Counted from the first letter of the whole stretch, positions 38,343 through 52,200 are shown. The stretch: DNA of 61,632 nt, filler included, from Choristocarpus tenellus KU-1152 (GCA_964200185.2; 9 parts of 9 records of this genome joined end to end with filler, not necessarily neighbours in it); one strand, 5' to 3'. Translations and numbers: made by a program. Notes: generated by a model not told the origin, from the letters alone.

Positions 38343-41300
38343 ATGATCCCTTGCTTAGTTTATGGTTAAAATCTTGAACCAGCCCCCTTTTGCTGTTTCT
38401 CTTGTTGGACGTAGCACTCACTCCCCCAGGCTTGAAGCCTATCTCAATTGAATGTCTTGTACATCCTCTTGTTGAGTGAAGTCCTTTGCTAACAACCTTC
38501 CTCGCCAGGGTGCCTTTGATATGGAAGATGGTTCTTGATGGTCTGGAGTAGATATTATTTACTTCCCAGACTTACAAGTCTTGTACAGGCAGTCCTTTGC
38601 TGACAAGCTTCCTCTGGTTTTCTTTTTCTGGCTCTAATCCTGATCCATCCTGTTAAGACGGTGTCACTCTACTCTGGCGACAAACGATCTGAAGGTTTCC
38701 TTTACTTCCTTGTACCACTCCATTGCTGATTGCTTAAGGCCATAGATGACCCTGGCAGCTTTTACGACGGATCCATTGGGCAGTTGTAGCCATACATCTT
38801 CATGAAGTGGTGTGTTCAGGTAGGCTTGAGTGAAGTCTAGGGAGTTGATGATCCAGTTTCTGTTAGCTGCTGCAGCCAGGACTGCTCGAATCACGTCGAA
38901 TCCCACCACTGGACTAAACGTGCTGAAGTAGTCCACCCCTTCTTGTTGGGAAAAAACCCCGTGCCACCAGCCTGGCCTTGTATCTTTCGATGTCTCCATG
39001 TGCAGTCCTTTTTATTTTGAATATAAATATGGTTTTGACGGGTCTCCTCCCTGGTGGCAGACTCTCTCCCTCACAGAAGGTTCCTTTGGTTAGTTGGCCC
39101 TCCATTTCTTGTTCCATTTCCTTCTTCCACTGTTCTGCATCAGGCCCTGCGAGGGCTTCTGCGATGGTTGATGGCTCCTGGTGGCCTATTGAGGTGTCAC
39201 CTGCCATGCCCATCAAACAATATGCATCATCCGTGCTTGATCTGAGCAGATTCACTATGTTTTCTCCCAGTTCTTCCGTATCTCCAGAGTGTAAGTCCCT
39301 GTAATCAACCCTGGGTTGTTCAGCTATCCTAGTTGACCTTCGTTGTCCACTAGGTGAACTGAGGGAAATCTGATCGACTGCAATATCGGAATCCCGATCA
39401 GAGTCGTCTTCACTCTCAGAATCATCCGTGGAAGTCATTGTCTCTCTCTCCCCCACGAAGTCCATGATGTGTTTTTCTGGCTCGAACGTCACGTGGGCTG
39501 AGGTTACCAACTTGGCCTCTTGAGGAAGCCAGATGTGCCAGCATAATGATGTGCGATCGTGTCCCATTATTTTACCTCTCTTGGCGTATGGGTGGAAATT
39601 TGCGCTGGCCCCTCTCTGCTGCTTGTCCTGATGAACATAGCACTCGCTCCCCCAGGCCGGAAGTCTATCATAGTTGAAGGATTTACCTGTTAGACGCTCG
39701 CATGGCGTCTCTCCTCCGAGGTATTCATGTGGCATGCCTCGAGTCTTGAAGGCGGCGTCCGTGATGGCAAAGAACCAATACTCGTCACCCAGCCCAGCCT
39801 TTACCAGTTGACTCCGTGCTGCCCCCATGAGTTGCTTTATCGCCCTTTCGGCGATTCCATTGCTTTGTGGTGTTCTCGGTGGACATTTCCTCCATCGGGT
39901 ACCATTGTTCGCCAGCGTCCTTTGGAACTTCACCGACCTCCCAAGCTCGCCAGCACCATCCCCACTGATGCATTTGACTGGTATACCTTCCCTGGTCATC
40001 TGGTCGATATAAGCAGCGGTTGCTTCCGTCGCTTCGTTTTTTGTCTCCAATCCATAAACCATCTTGTCTCTGTTGCTCTCATCGACGAACACCTGAAAAT
40101 ATTGATGGCCAGAGATGTCTGCTTTAAAAGGTCCCGCCAAATCTGTGTGGACAACCTCGCCGGGCTGCTTGGGGGTCCTGCCACCCGTTGATAACTTAGG
40201 GCCTCAGACTTGCATTCCTTGCAGGTTTCGCATTGCAGTTCTGACGCCACAGTAGCATCGGTAATCTCCAACAGTCCACGCTTCTCGAGATGCTTGATAG
40301 CTGAAGGGTTGATGTGACCTAATATGTTATGTCAGTCCTTTAATGTCAGCCTCTGCTTTTGGTTGGCTCGTGCAGCGCTGGCTCTCGATTCTCGTTCCAT
40401 GCTGATTATGGTTCCAGTTAAATTTAAGAACCCCCCGATTTTTGTAGGTTTATCTTGGGCGAATTTTTGGAGGCCCTCAGATAACTTTCCTTTGTTCCTG
40501 AATCCATAAATTCTCCTCCATTCCGTCGTATACTTCCAGTACTCACTATGCGGCATGGTAGACCTGGGACCCATAGAACATCCTTCAGAACCACTCTTGT
40601 TGGTTTGCCGTCCTTGTCCGTCACCATTAGAACCATATCCCCGATTTCCTTCGCTTCCAATTTCCCATTGTTTCCAAAGGTGCATGTGCGTTTGGTGCCT
40701 CGAGTACTTCTGAGATCTTCACGATCAGGTGTAAGATGCTTGCTCCAGAGTCACATAATATCTCGACTTGTCTTCCACTGGAGGAGTTTAATACTGCACT
40801 TTTGTTAACCTCCTCGTCTGCTGTCACCTTGAAACTGGAGAAGGAGCGCGCTTGGTTTCCGTCGACTTTGTTGCTGCTCCCACGAGATGGAGGTGGCGGA
40901 AATGTTCCGGGTGCCATCACAGGCGGACGTGTTGCCGGCGGCTTTCCATTTAGGTATCGGTAACAATTCTGCCATCGATGGTTCATCCTTAAACAATATC
41001 CACATTGGTTTGGTATGAGGCCACTTCCAGCTGATCCTTTAGTCTTCCGAGCATGGCCGTTCTTCACATTGTCATGCATTGCTAATACTCCATCATGACC
41101 ATCTTGACCCGAGAGAAAGTAAGATGTCGACGAGATAACTTCTCGTTTGAGTTCCTCGTAGCTGATGTCCGGGCGTGTTATCAATTGCGCGAACACATAT
41201 GGCATGGATTCCTAGATCCCAAGCAGTATAGATGCCCTCTTCATGTTTTCGAATTTGGGCTCCTTGAGCTCCTCGAATTCCGAAGATAGTCGTTCGAGTT

Positions 41301-41749
41301 TGACGACAAAATCGGTGCTGTCCTGAGACGCTGTGCACCGTAATTCGCGGAGTTTTGCCTCCAACGTGATGACTTGTACGGGGACTTCGTCCTCCACACG
41401 TCCACCGTAGACTCGTTCTAGTTCCAACCAAGCTCCTCTGCCGTCTAGTTGACCTCCATTTTCATATTTCGCTACAATCGTGGATGTGATCCTTTCGTTG
41501 TTTGCAGTAGGAGGAACCATAACGCCTTGTTATTCTTCGAGTATGTGGCATGTGCCGTATGCACTGCCTCTCCCGAGATGGTGATGGGTGTTTTGGTAAT
41601 CTCGTAGTCCCTTGTCGTAATCTCGTACAAGCCCTTTCGACCAGCGTAGGCGATCAGTGACAGTCTCCAAGTTGACAAGGTCTCCAATGACCTTCCTGTC
41701 GCCCCTGTCCTGACAGCAAGTTTCTTCAGGTCAGTCTCCATACTACTTA

Positions 41750-41760
41750 GGCTCATAACC
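41750..41760 (-). promoter_or_regulatory. Primer-binding site GGTTATGAGCC (half-tRNAiMet type)
   Basis: Directly follows the LTR end ...GCACA and resembles the Drosophila copia PBS GGTTATGGGCCC. Confidence 0.75.
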
Positions 41761-41822
41761 TGTGCAAATTACCTTGGGAGGTAATGCTATTTGTCAGTAG
41801 TGAAGATAAGAGGGTGTGAAGC
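41761..41822 (-). repeat. 3' part of the copia 5' LTR
   Basis: Ends in CA immediately before the PBS; the distal part runs into an N gap. Confidence 0.6.
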
Positions 41823-42112
41823 NNNNNNNNNNTGAACGTGAAAAGAATGGATGGTTGAAATTTAGAAGAGTGACCTTTGTGTGGTGTCTTCTCATTGCTT
41901 GTTTATTATTTATTTGTACTTCATGCATAAGTCCATGGTTATGTCAAAGTAGTTGAATGCAGAATAAAACCCATACATATTCCCATGCATAATTCGGATG
42001 TATTACAGTACCTACCCCGATTTTGTGCACCCATGGACATACCCGAAAAAAGCGGCACAGAATTGATGTGGAACAATATCGTTTTTGTACTAATTAGGGT
42101 TAGGGTTAGCTG

Positions 42113-42293
42113 TGAATCAATCGTCGAAGCAACTGATTAATCGTGGTGAGCTGGGAAATCAATCGTGGAAGCAACTAATTAATCGTGGTTTGCTGCGAAA
42201 TCAATCGTGGAAGCAACTGATTAATCGTGGCGAGCTGGGAAATCAATCGTCGAAGCGACTAATTAATCGTGGTGAGCGGGGAAATCAATCATA
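42113..42293. repeat. 42-bp tandem repeat (AATCAATCGTSGAAGCAACTRATTAATCGTGGTGAGCTGGGA), >4 copies, cut by a gap
   Basis: Read directly. Preceded by TTAGGGTTAGGGTTAG. Confidence 0.9.
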
Positions 42294-42499
42294 ANNNNNN
42301 NNNNNNNNNNNNNNNNNNNNNNNNNNNNNNNNNNNNNNTTAATTAATTAANNNNNNNNNNNNNNNNNNNNNNNNNNNNNNNNNNNNNNNNNNNNCATGGA
42401 CTCAATTCAACACAATAATCTCATATACACAAAATAAGGTACACCTCACTATTGTCCTATTTTGCACAGGTACCTCCAAGCAAGGATGTAGAGGAACAC

Positions 42500-44290
42500 T
42501 AAAGCCAGTTGCACAAGTGTCCAGTATTGCGTACAATCTCTTTTCCTCCCACTCTGCCTATACGTCCTGGGGAGTGGTCAATGACAGCACCCTTCAGAAA
42601 ATAGCAATGCCTAATGAAAAGGTGTTACCCCTTAGATTTCATGGGATAGACTCAATATGCAGCCGATGCCGTTCGTATGCGACGGCTAGCTACATCGTGT
42701 TCTCAAGGTAACATGGATTTTCCCCTCCATGCACATCAATGTGATCCACCATTGAACCATATTGGGTGAGTTATGTGAACTACATCGGACAGCAAACGAG
42801 CAGGGCATAATGTCGAGGGATCCTTGCAGTCATTGTAAGTTCAATAATGGCTGTGCTAAGGCTATCAGCTGAAATAAATGTGTTCAAGTCTGCCGATGTT
42901 TGTAAGAGGTCACCATTTTCTCATGAACTTCATCAACCTCACTGGGCCTAAGTAAATCCAGACTTCTGAGTACACGCTGGTCACTGCTTACTGTGGCAGC
43001 AGCTTTGTATAATCACTTACTACTGCTTACGAAAAAGGATGGGATAGTACCTGCTCTGACATGGTGATATAAGGGTGTGGTCTCCCTATGTGGAATGAGT
43101 TTCTGCTATGCATTACACAAATGTGAGGGAGCATGGGGAGGGAAAGGAGTTCCAGTCACTGTGGGTCGAAGTATATGTCCCCAGAATGAGTGAGCCACAG
43201 TACAATGGAGAGACAGAGGGACGCATCACGCAGAAAACGCGAAGTTCGGTTTCCCTTTTAATTTGAAAAAGACAGGGAAATATCCATTGAAGACGATGAG
43301 GAAACGTCAGGTCAGATTGTTCCTCACAGGGTGTGACTTCACCCAAGTTCCAGGAGGTGGTGGGTGAGGGGGATGGAAACTGGGAGCTGAGCACCAGAGA
43401 TGATGGAGACTACGTTTTGCAGCAACACAACATCGTGCAACTCCTTCGGGCAAATAACCAAGAGCTGTTTTTGACTTGAATTAATTCTTGCTAATATTAC
43501 TTTTTCAATGGAATATATAATAACCTTCTGTGTGCATCAAAGTGTTAGCTGATGAGCTTCCTCTTTAACCTGAGACTGTAGAAGCAGTAGGTAATTCTCC
43601 TAAAAATGAGCTATGGAGTTGAGGAAGGCATGCGTTGTAGCATAAAATGTTTGTCTTTAGATTGGGCATTAGATGTACATGATAACCTCTCCCACGACAC
43701 CTTTGCTTGCGCCACTGAGGAAGGTTTTGGCTCTAACCACAGACGTTGGTATTTTGAGCGAGCTTTTTTTCAGGTCAAGATAGTGGACAAGATTTACGCT
43801 CGTTTGTGTGATGGATGTGATCCGTGGTCGTGTAAGATTGTTCTTTGATAAGCACTGTCGTGGGACCAAGGGAGTGAGCAGAGATTTATAGTTTTTTTCG
43901 TACAAATTATTTAGATCAGTAGTGTCGTCTGGAGCAGTGCATAGCAGATCCTCGTGTTTTTGTTATGTGATTGTTCACCAAACTTATGACTTTACAGTTG
44001 CAGTGAGTACACAATTCTTAGTATTGCAGGACATTAGTTGTTTTTCTTTTGATCTACTTTCTTGGAGTTCATTCAGTCACAGTTTCGAAGGCATTGCATC
44101 GAGATGCATCGAGGACAATCATGGGGCATGCAAGTTAACACACAACACAACCAGCTCAACCCAGACAAAGCATGTTGATTGATGTCCAGTACTACTTCAT
44201 GGAATTCCCACGTCGAATCTTGTGGAGTACTCGCCTCGATGTCACTCCACAATGATGCCTTGTTACCTCGTTTCAGTTTTTCCACCTTTC
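42500..44290 (-). mobile_element. Possible Mutator-like (MULE) transposase relic
   Basis: Broken frames give SCNTKNCVLTATVK..W.I..KHE..C and VVRAK (MuDR N-terminal style), plus a SWIM-like D.MPC near 42810. Confidence 0.3.
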
Positions 44291-45415
44291 AATGTTCAGA
44301 TAGATAGGTTTCTCGTGATAACTAGGTTTTGCATACAACCAATCCGTGGTGCTTGCCGTGTTGTCTGTGAATCATTGAAAACAGAATTCCGATAAAACAA
44401 TCTGGCACCCAGCCCAGGGTGCCCCTAGAACCCAAACTACAAAGAAAGATAAATCATGGAAGGAAGATCCCCTGACAACAATAAGGAGGTCCGACAAAAC
44501 TCTAGGCAAGACTCTCGGACCAGAGATGCCCACAGTGAACGTGTATCTCACACCAGTTCTACATATCTACAGCCTGCACACACAGTAGTAGTAGTAGATA
44601 ATGTGACATCAGCATTTAATATTATATTCAGAAGCTCTATATATCTATGCATGTATGCAGAGGTGTCAGAGTCAGGTCCCATTTTGGATCTCTAGGACAT
44701 AGACTTGACACACTTTGGGTAACCATGTGTTTGTGGGCTTAGACTTTTTCCATTGTGGGTAGTAGTCAAAGGTGATATGTGGTGTGGGTCAGACACACAA
44801 CCGACTTCCAGTAACATAAGCATGAACCATTCGTGGAGTCAACCAGCAAGCCTAGGGAGTGTGTGTTTTGTTCTGTCCTTTTCTGCTCTGTTTTGACAGA
44901 GTGCAACTGATCACAGTTGGGCATAGGGAAGAACATCCCCAACTCAGGGTCTCAACCCTTGGCCTCTCTCACATTTCCTCTGAACCTCATTTCTGGTGGT
45001 TCTCATCGCCCCCTTTTAAATTAAAAAAAAAATAGAAATGGTTGGGTCACATTCCACATGGAATTGGGTTCATTATCTCTAAACAGGTCACCAATTAGAG
45101 ACCTACACAGGAACATTTATAGAGTAGGGTGGAGGGGTTGGAAATTGAAGTTGAGAGAAGGATGTCAAGTTCTTCATAATAGGCTGAGTAGCGCACCTCC
45201 GTGTATCACCCCCATCATACAGAATATGGTCACTCTTTCACTCAGAGGCTCGAATCTGTGCTCAGCTTAGTAAGTTAATATTAAAATATTTGTCGTCCAG
45301 TGTCCCAACACGTACAATATGAAAACCAAATATTTGAGCATTTTCAAAGTATCTCCTGCAACCTCATAACCATCACGAGTTGTAAACCAGTTGTCTTCCA
45401 CAATTACGAATTGAT

Positions 45416-48400
45416 ATGATGTTGGATGCAGGACGGATTCAGCATGCTTTGGAAGGGGGGTTGCGCAGCAGCAGGCCTAGGACCGTTGACGGGGGCTTTG
45501 CGCAAGAGACACTCATCCTGCAACCTCGGTCTGCACCCAAAGCATCTGGGCTGCGATGGGTGAAACCGTTCACGGGGATGACAATAAGGCTCACGGCCGA
45601 GCTCTTGACGCGCCTGACAGTCGAGGGACATAGTCCCACCATGGAATTCATCAATAATAGCGACTCGGCTGGGGGTGAGTTTTGAATCTCGTCTTGGCAT
45701 TGTTTCCCCAACGAGTGAAGCACCTAGGGTAATGGTACATCGCGGTTTTACCTATCGTAACATACCCACCTTATGCTCGCAGGACACGCAATCTTGACTG
45801 TGGGGGGGGAGCGATTCCCCGCCGACTCTTACCAAATGGGAGTTCAGGCTGGTAGGTCCAAATCTATGGCGGAACGAACGGAGGTAGATCAGCTAGCGAG
45901 GACCCAGCCCGAACAGAAGAACACCATGATTGTCTTCGCGTCGCTTCACAAAAAGCTCATCATAAGGCAGGTGTGACTCAAAATGCCAAGTAATGCTAAG
46001 TCAATCCGGTACTTCCCCTTAATAGCTATTGAAGTATTGAATGTTAGTTTATGCTTAGATTGGTTCGTGACTCAAACATTGCAGGAATTTTAAGCTCTTG
46101 GGGGCTACAAAGTTGTGAAGGTGATCTAAGGTGACAAGCTGTGAGTAAGACTTCGAAACAATGAACAATTCGTCGTAGAGAGCCACAAAATGCCTCTCTT
46201 ACACTCTAGTTGGTATGATCCGTTCAGGAATTACGATGTTTCCTCCAGATGCAGAATGTTGCATTTTTCACTCCCTTCAAAGGAAGTTTTAAACCCTGTT
46301 TCTTGTGAAGACAATACCCTTCTTTCCACCGCCGAAACTTCGCACTACACAGTTTTTCCCTTCACTGCGCTCCCCTTAGGTTCTAAACAAAGCTAAAAAA
46401 GACGAGATGAAGACCAGAACTGCCACTGCTGCGGCAGAACGAAAGACACCAAAGACGAAGGCCATTGAGGGTGAGGAACATCTGTGGGCAGCTGCTGCCA
46501 TCCCAGCACCAGTGCAGGCCCCAGTCAGGAAATTGCCTTATGTGCTCTCGCCAATCGGGGTGGGTGGGGGGGAAGGCCAATTGTCAGCTGCTGGCAAGCG
46601 GAAAAGACCCGAGGATGTGAATAGATCGCCTTTGCACCTTTCCGTGTGGGTAAATGGTTGTTACAGGCAAGACGACTATGCTGGGCATGTATCAGACCTC
46701 AAGCAGTTCTTCCAAGGTCTTGAAGTGAAACAGGTTTGAACTGCAGCAGATAATCCAACAGCAGGGTTAACTGTGTTATGTCCGAATTGATGTAGGGGTG
46801 TAAGTGTGGCATTTGGTGTATGTTGCACTGCAGTTAGTTAGAAAGGGACATTTTATGCCCCAAGGGGATTGCAGACCAGCTCTCGGCTTCTCTTGAATGA
46901 GGGATGTGGGTGTTCTTTGTTCCTTTATTGATTGCTGCTGCTGCTTTTATGTTTTAGTGTGACCCTTGTGGTTAGGGTCATCACACAGTGATTGATCACT
47001 GTGTTTATTGGTGCCATGTCACTGTGGCTTGGCTTTGAGCGCAATGGTGATGATGAACTTGGTTCTTTTCCTTTCTGGAACACCCATTATTACCATGCCC
47101 TTGGTTTGTTCCATTGGATCAAGGTGCTGCTCATGTACACAGTGGATGGCCAAGGGAAGCTTCGACCAAACAAACAGCACATTTGTGTTCGGTGAGTTAG
47201 CACTTATTCAGAGGCAACTGACAACAAGGTTCATCATTGAGTGATGGGAGGCTAACCAGGGCTGACATGTTCTTTTTATCCAATCTGTAGTTGAAATATT
47301 TTCAAGTAGTGGTAGTGGTGTTTTTTATTGTTGGATTGTGTATCATAAGGCGCAGGTCTGAATGTTTGCCCCGGGAGTGTCCAACCACCTGCCCAAATCA
47401 CAGATGTTCTAAATCAAGCATTGATTGACACATTTTTCTCCGAAGAATAGTTTCAAGCCTTTCTCACATGCAAAACATGCAGATTTAAGACGGAAAGTGC
47501 CAGAGACCTCGCCCTTGGACGCTCGGGGGAGGGATTTGGGGCAAGAGGAAAATGGCCATCCACAACTGTGTCTGTACAAAAGGGCCCACCATCTTGCATT
47601 GATGGGCCTGACCTGTTCCTCCTTGTGCTGCCAGATGGGCGAAGTGTGGAGGATGTCCTCCAGCAGGTATTAACAATAGTATCTATACATGGCCTTCTCC
47701 CTTACCCCCAGTCTCACCTATCCATTTTTGACCCTTCTTGAGTTTTGGCTGCAACTATTGGCTCAGAAAGACAAGGGTGTGATAAAGCAGGTACGATGGA
47801 GCGTGAACTTTCCCCAAAATCAGCTTAAATTGTATCCCTGAAGGCACTGCATGTATATATTTTTCCTCATGCTATGTTGTTTTGCGATCCTTGGAGAAGG
47901 TTCTGCGAGGGCAAGAAATTGTCTTGCATTGAGACAGGGCACCAATCAGGAGGCTCTAAATGGCTTGTGATCTAAGATTCCTCGCACATGTACCAACTGA
48001 ATGTTTAGCACTATCTGTATCAAAGCAGCAAGGTTGTTGCTGCCAAGCGAAAAGGCGGAACAGGTGATCTGAATCCCATCTCAGAACCACAGGAAAAGTT
48101 TTTTTTTACCCCTTTTTGTTTCTGTTAAACTCCTGAGAACTACTTGGTATTTGTATGTCTTGCAAAGGACATGTTCTTTTTTTTTCACAAACCCATTAAC
48201 TCCAGATCCACCGACACAGGCTGCAGCCCGTCTGCCTGCACAGCTTGCCCTCCGACCTCTGAAATATGAAGCATTGACCAGAGGTGGAGGCAGGGTTGCT
48301 CTTGAGAGGATCCGAGCAAGGCGGAAGGAGGTTGAGATCCACAGGGACTGGCTAATTGAGGCGGCCCATACAGCTTTGATTGGGCAAGTGAGTATTGCTG

Positions 48401-48555
48401 GTGCCTCTGATTGCCACCCCCCTGGAAGTGATGACAACAATGCCTACAGAGTGGCAAGTTTGGCTACAAAAGAAGCTGATTGGATGTTGGAGCAGCTGTG
48501 GAATCTTGAGTTGCAGCAGCTCAGGGGGAGACCGAGGTGGCAAGCAGAAGAATGA
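45416..48555 (+). CDS. 462-aa protein: ELL-like N-terminal domain, quasi-RRM-like domain and helical C-terminus (6 exons)
   Basis: Exons 45416-45674, 45783-45970, 46380-46733, 47124-47191, 47483-47666, 48220-48555. All AG/GT, phases 1,0,0,2,0, open for 1389 nt. The start could lie further upstream. Domain calls are by eye. Confidence 0.75.
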
Positions 48556-49249
48556 GAGGAGCAGGAGAAAGGCTTCTGATTTACTTCTGTCCTATGGTTG
48601 GGGTTTTGTAGCTCTGGGGGTGGGCTAGTCTAAGAGCTATGTAACTTTTAAGTTGTCATGAAGCGGAAATTGTTCATCAAATTCTTGATCAAAACAGGAG
48701 GCTATGGCATTAAATAGATTCCCCATTTGTCCTTTGGTAGAACCTGGTGGAGTCCAAGTGGTTTGTGTGCTTGACTTGACTTGTGAAAGGGCTGTGAAGA
48801 GACCACAGATGTTAATGATGCATTATTCATTCTGTGAGAATGTGTCAAATCCCCCCTCCCATATTTTTTTGAAGCAACTTATAAACACTAAAGTCTAAGA
48901 AACACCTGTGGATCAAAATGAAATATAATCAGTGATCACAGTTTATATTTGTATGTACATATGAACTATTGTACTTCAAAAGATTCAATATGGATGTAGC
49001 CAGTGTAGCAAGTACTGGACATCAGTAGCAGGTATGCTGGCTCACTCTACTGCATGTGTTGGGGAAGATATTGCGGTCAGCTACCCATGCACCATATGAT
49101 GATGGTATTGGTGTGCATCTGAGGATGAGTGTGTGCTCATGGATATCATTGATATTGGATGCCTGTTGGTGGTAGCAGCAAAAACATATTTCATTCGATG
49201 ATGAAGGTGTTGAAATACCTGTGAATAACCAGCTTGTTGCGAATGAAGT

Positions 49250-52200
49250 TTTTTTTTGTGTTTGCAAATGTATGTGTACATGCCTTTGTGCCCATGGCGC
49301 ACAGTTGTGTGTACTGTAATGCCCATAGTCTTGCTAAGAGCACTAGAAGTAGTTGTATGTTGCAAAGCAGTGGCACTTGTAGGTGTTCTTGAAGTGCCAC
49401 CAGCTTCCTTTACTCCCCACCTTCCCGTACCTCATAGAGCTATATAGTGCTACATGAGAGGTTTGCAGATATAAGTACATTTTCTCGAACACTTGGTGTT
49501 GCTAAATGCATCTCTATATGAAACCTGGGTATCATGGTTGCCCATGATTCATATATTAATGACAATGACGCTGGCCTTAGGATTATGTGCCAATTTGTTG
49601 TATGTTGTGGTAGTTTTGGAGAGGTTTGGAGGATGAGGGAAAATCTCAACCCAGCTTACACACCACATGTCAGGTCATGTGTATGTACCAGTATTATTTG
49701 CTGTGTTATTCACAAGATCGTGGTGGAACCATCAGCATGTATTACGTTTACACCATAGCTCTGCCCATGATTTGTACACATTTATGTCAAGGGACGGTTG
49801 GACTACCCAATGCACATCACCGACCATGTGCATTTAGGTTTTGTTGCATATTGTACAATTGGTCAGTGCACGAGAATATTGTTTATATGTAGCATATACA
49901 CGATCCCTACTCACCTTTTCCCTGTGCCATGAAATACAGTTGCGTGAAGTTATTTCTTCTTGTGCGCACGGGGTAGTATCTTGAATGTAAAGGTGGTGGC
50001 AGAGCTCTTCTTATCCATAGCGATTGGATTGATCTTCTTGTATTCATTATGAGTGATGCTGCACATTATCAGAGCAATACCATTCTGGCTGCTTCTAAGC
50101 GTTATGTATGGGAAGAATGAATGAGACTTCCTCGAAAGCAAGTCATGAAGACACCAAGACAACTTTCAGTTCTGCCCACACTGCTACATGGTTTGTAAAA
50201 CTTATCATTAACTCCTTCCATCACGATCAACAGGATGCATCTACACGCACAATTTCCCCCCATTATGATAGGCTGTGCACTGTCCACTCAAGAAGATGAT
50301 ATGTTCATTTCTAGCAGTGGGACGTGCAGGTAATGACCCGAAAGTTCCCAAAACAAGTGTGGCATTTGAAAAAGCTAAGGGTTGAGCAAAATACTGCTCT
50401 TGAACCCACACTATGTACTGTTTACGAAGTAGAGAAAGACATTTTAGAACATTTGATTAGAACATATGTCTGACAAATGGTGTGTGGTTTGTGCCTCACA
50501 ACACACTCATGTAACATGAGAGGGGTGTGTATGTTTTTGAGGATAGGCAACCAAGATGCTTTAACCAATGGCATTATCATGCTCAGGGCACTGCATAAGA
50601 TCATTGCACTGTGGTCTACAATACAGGACGAAACCGAGGTCCTCTATTCATTTTATGCATCTTTGGGGCACACCAAGGGATAGGAAAGAGACAACAAACA
50701 ACTATAGCTACTTCTTTCTGTCCCCAATTGTCCCTACCAACCCATGTATTCGGAACGCTGCTGCAACCACATTGTTCTTCACATTATTTGCTTACTCCGG
50801 ATTATTGTACATGATTGAGAGACATCAAGAGTTCGGGCAGAGAGGAAGATACCACAAATTATCATAGCGCATTATTCTTCTTGTGCTCAATGCAGTCCCC
50901 CCTGCCACAGCTAACCCACGTACATTCATTACTGTAGCAGCAACTTATTGCACCAAACCGGAAGTTAAAGAGGTTGACCGGTCGGAATGGGGCCAAGGCC
51001 CCGTCCACTTTACAATCTTGATAGCCTGTTCTGGTCCAGTTATCACATATTTTACCCAGATCGGTCCAAGACTTGATCCTATTTTCATGATCTCAATAGA
51101 CCTATAGTGGTACAGATAGTTTATGCGTCTGGGGCTGTCCAGTCATAAATTTTGATCTAGACATTGGATTTAAAAAAATAAAAGCATATTCGTGATGCCT
51201 GTCACAATGCCCTCCAGAGTACGGGATTCGTTTTTTTTTCGCCATTTTTTTCTATTTTTGATGAAAGACCGTCCTTATTGGGGTTCGGACACTGGATTGT
51301 ATGTCACCAAGATATACTATTACTTGATTGAAGTATAGGGTTTAGTCAAGAAAAAAGTCTCCCCACCCTTTCTTCCTGTGTGTTCGCGAACCCACTCTTT
51401 GACCTCGGCAAGGATGTCCTCGTCGAGGCCCAGAACGAAATGCCTCTCGTCTCACCCTTGCTCCGACACCTTGATGTGGCCCTTAGTTAGGAAGTCTCTC
51501 TCCCATTTACTCACAGTTTCCGACCTGACCATCGCACATCCTGCTTCCATCTCGAGCGCTGTTTGACAGTCTTTCCCGTCGTCCATACACACACACGTAC
51601 AGGATTCGCAGTGTTTGAGCCTTGACTATACCACATTTCCTCGTTGAGCACCGGAAATGGGTTACCTTCTTTCGGGTTTCAGAGCCCTTGTAGCCCAACC
51701 CTAACACCTTCTTTCTCGTTTCCTAAGCCACTCTGGCTCATACAGCTTCCAAACAGCTAGGGCCTGTGGCAACTGTCCACTACTAAGATATTCTACACCT
51801 GGGTTTCGCTTGGGCGTTTCCTGAGCAAATGGCACTGTTCTCCTCCCAACCTTTCCTTCACCCATTCACTCTGGTTCTCCCTCCGCCCGCCATGACCAGG
51901 CTTCCCCACAGACTTCATCACTGTACCACACCTGGTGATGGACTCGCTGCTCTCTTCCTGCTTTCCCGAGGCGGCAGAGACTGCAGAGCAGTGCTCCGAC
52001 GTGGTTGAACATCCAACCACGTTTGTGTGGTAATGCTTTCCATGCATCTTCTCTCAGCGTCAGTATTGCGGCCACACGGTCTATTACGCGATATGATCAT
52101 GCTGCTGCGCCACAGTACATGCACTTTCTCGTCCCCTAACACACCGAATGTCACACAGTACTTGTTTTTTGGTCCCTTCTCGACTGAGAAGGTGTCGAGG

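Larger units (their letters stand above)
38660..41822 (-). mobile_element. Ty1/copia LTR retrotransposon, degenerate and 3'-truncated
   Basis: Domain order gag (CGYCLRMNHRWQNC knuckle), protease (CDSGAS), HHCC (H.LGH..CETC), integrase (DLAGP, DGAGE, PQSNGIAER), RT (YKARLVARGF, DFTQAYLN, YGLKQSA). Several frameshifts and stops; no YVDD or RNase H. Confidence 0.93.

Noticed and set aside
42113-42293. 42-bp repeats and ORF 42112-42294
   Set aside because: Tandem satellite with no spacers; the ORF is a by-product of the repeat.
45404-45723. Minus-strand ORFs 45404-45700 and 45439-45723
   Set aside because: Antisense shadows of the plus-strand exon, which splices in phase into the 462-aa gene.
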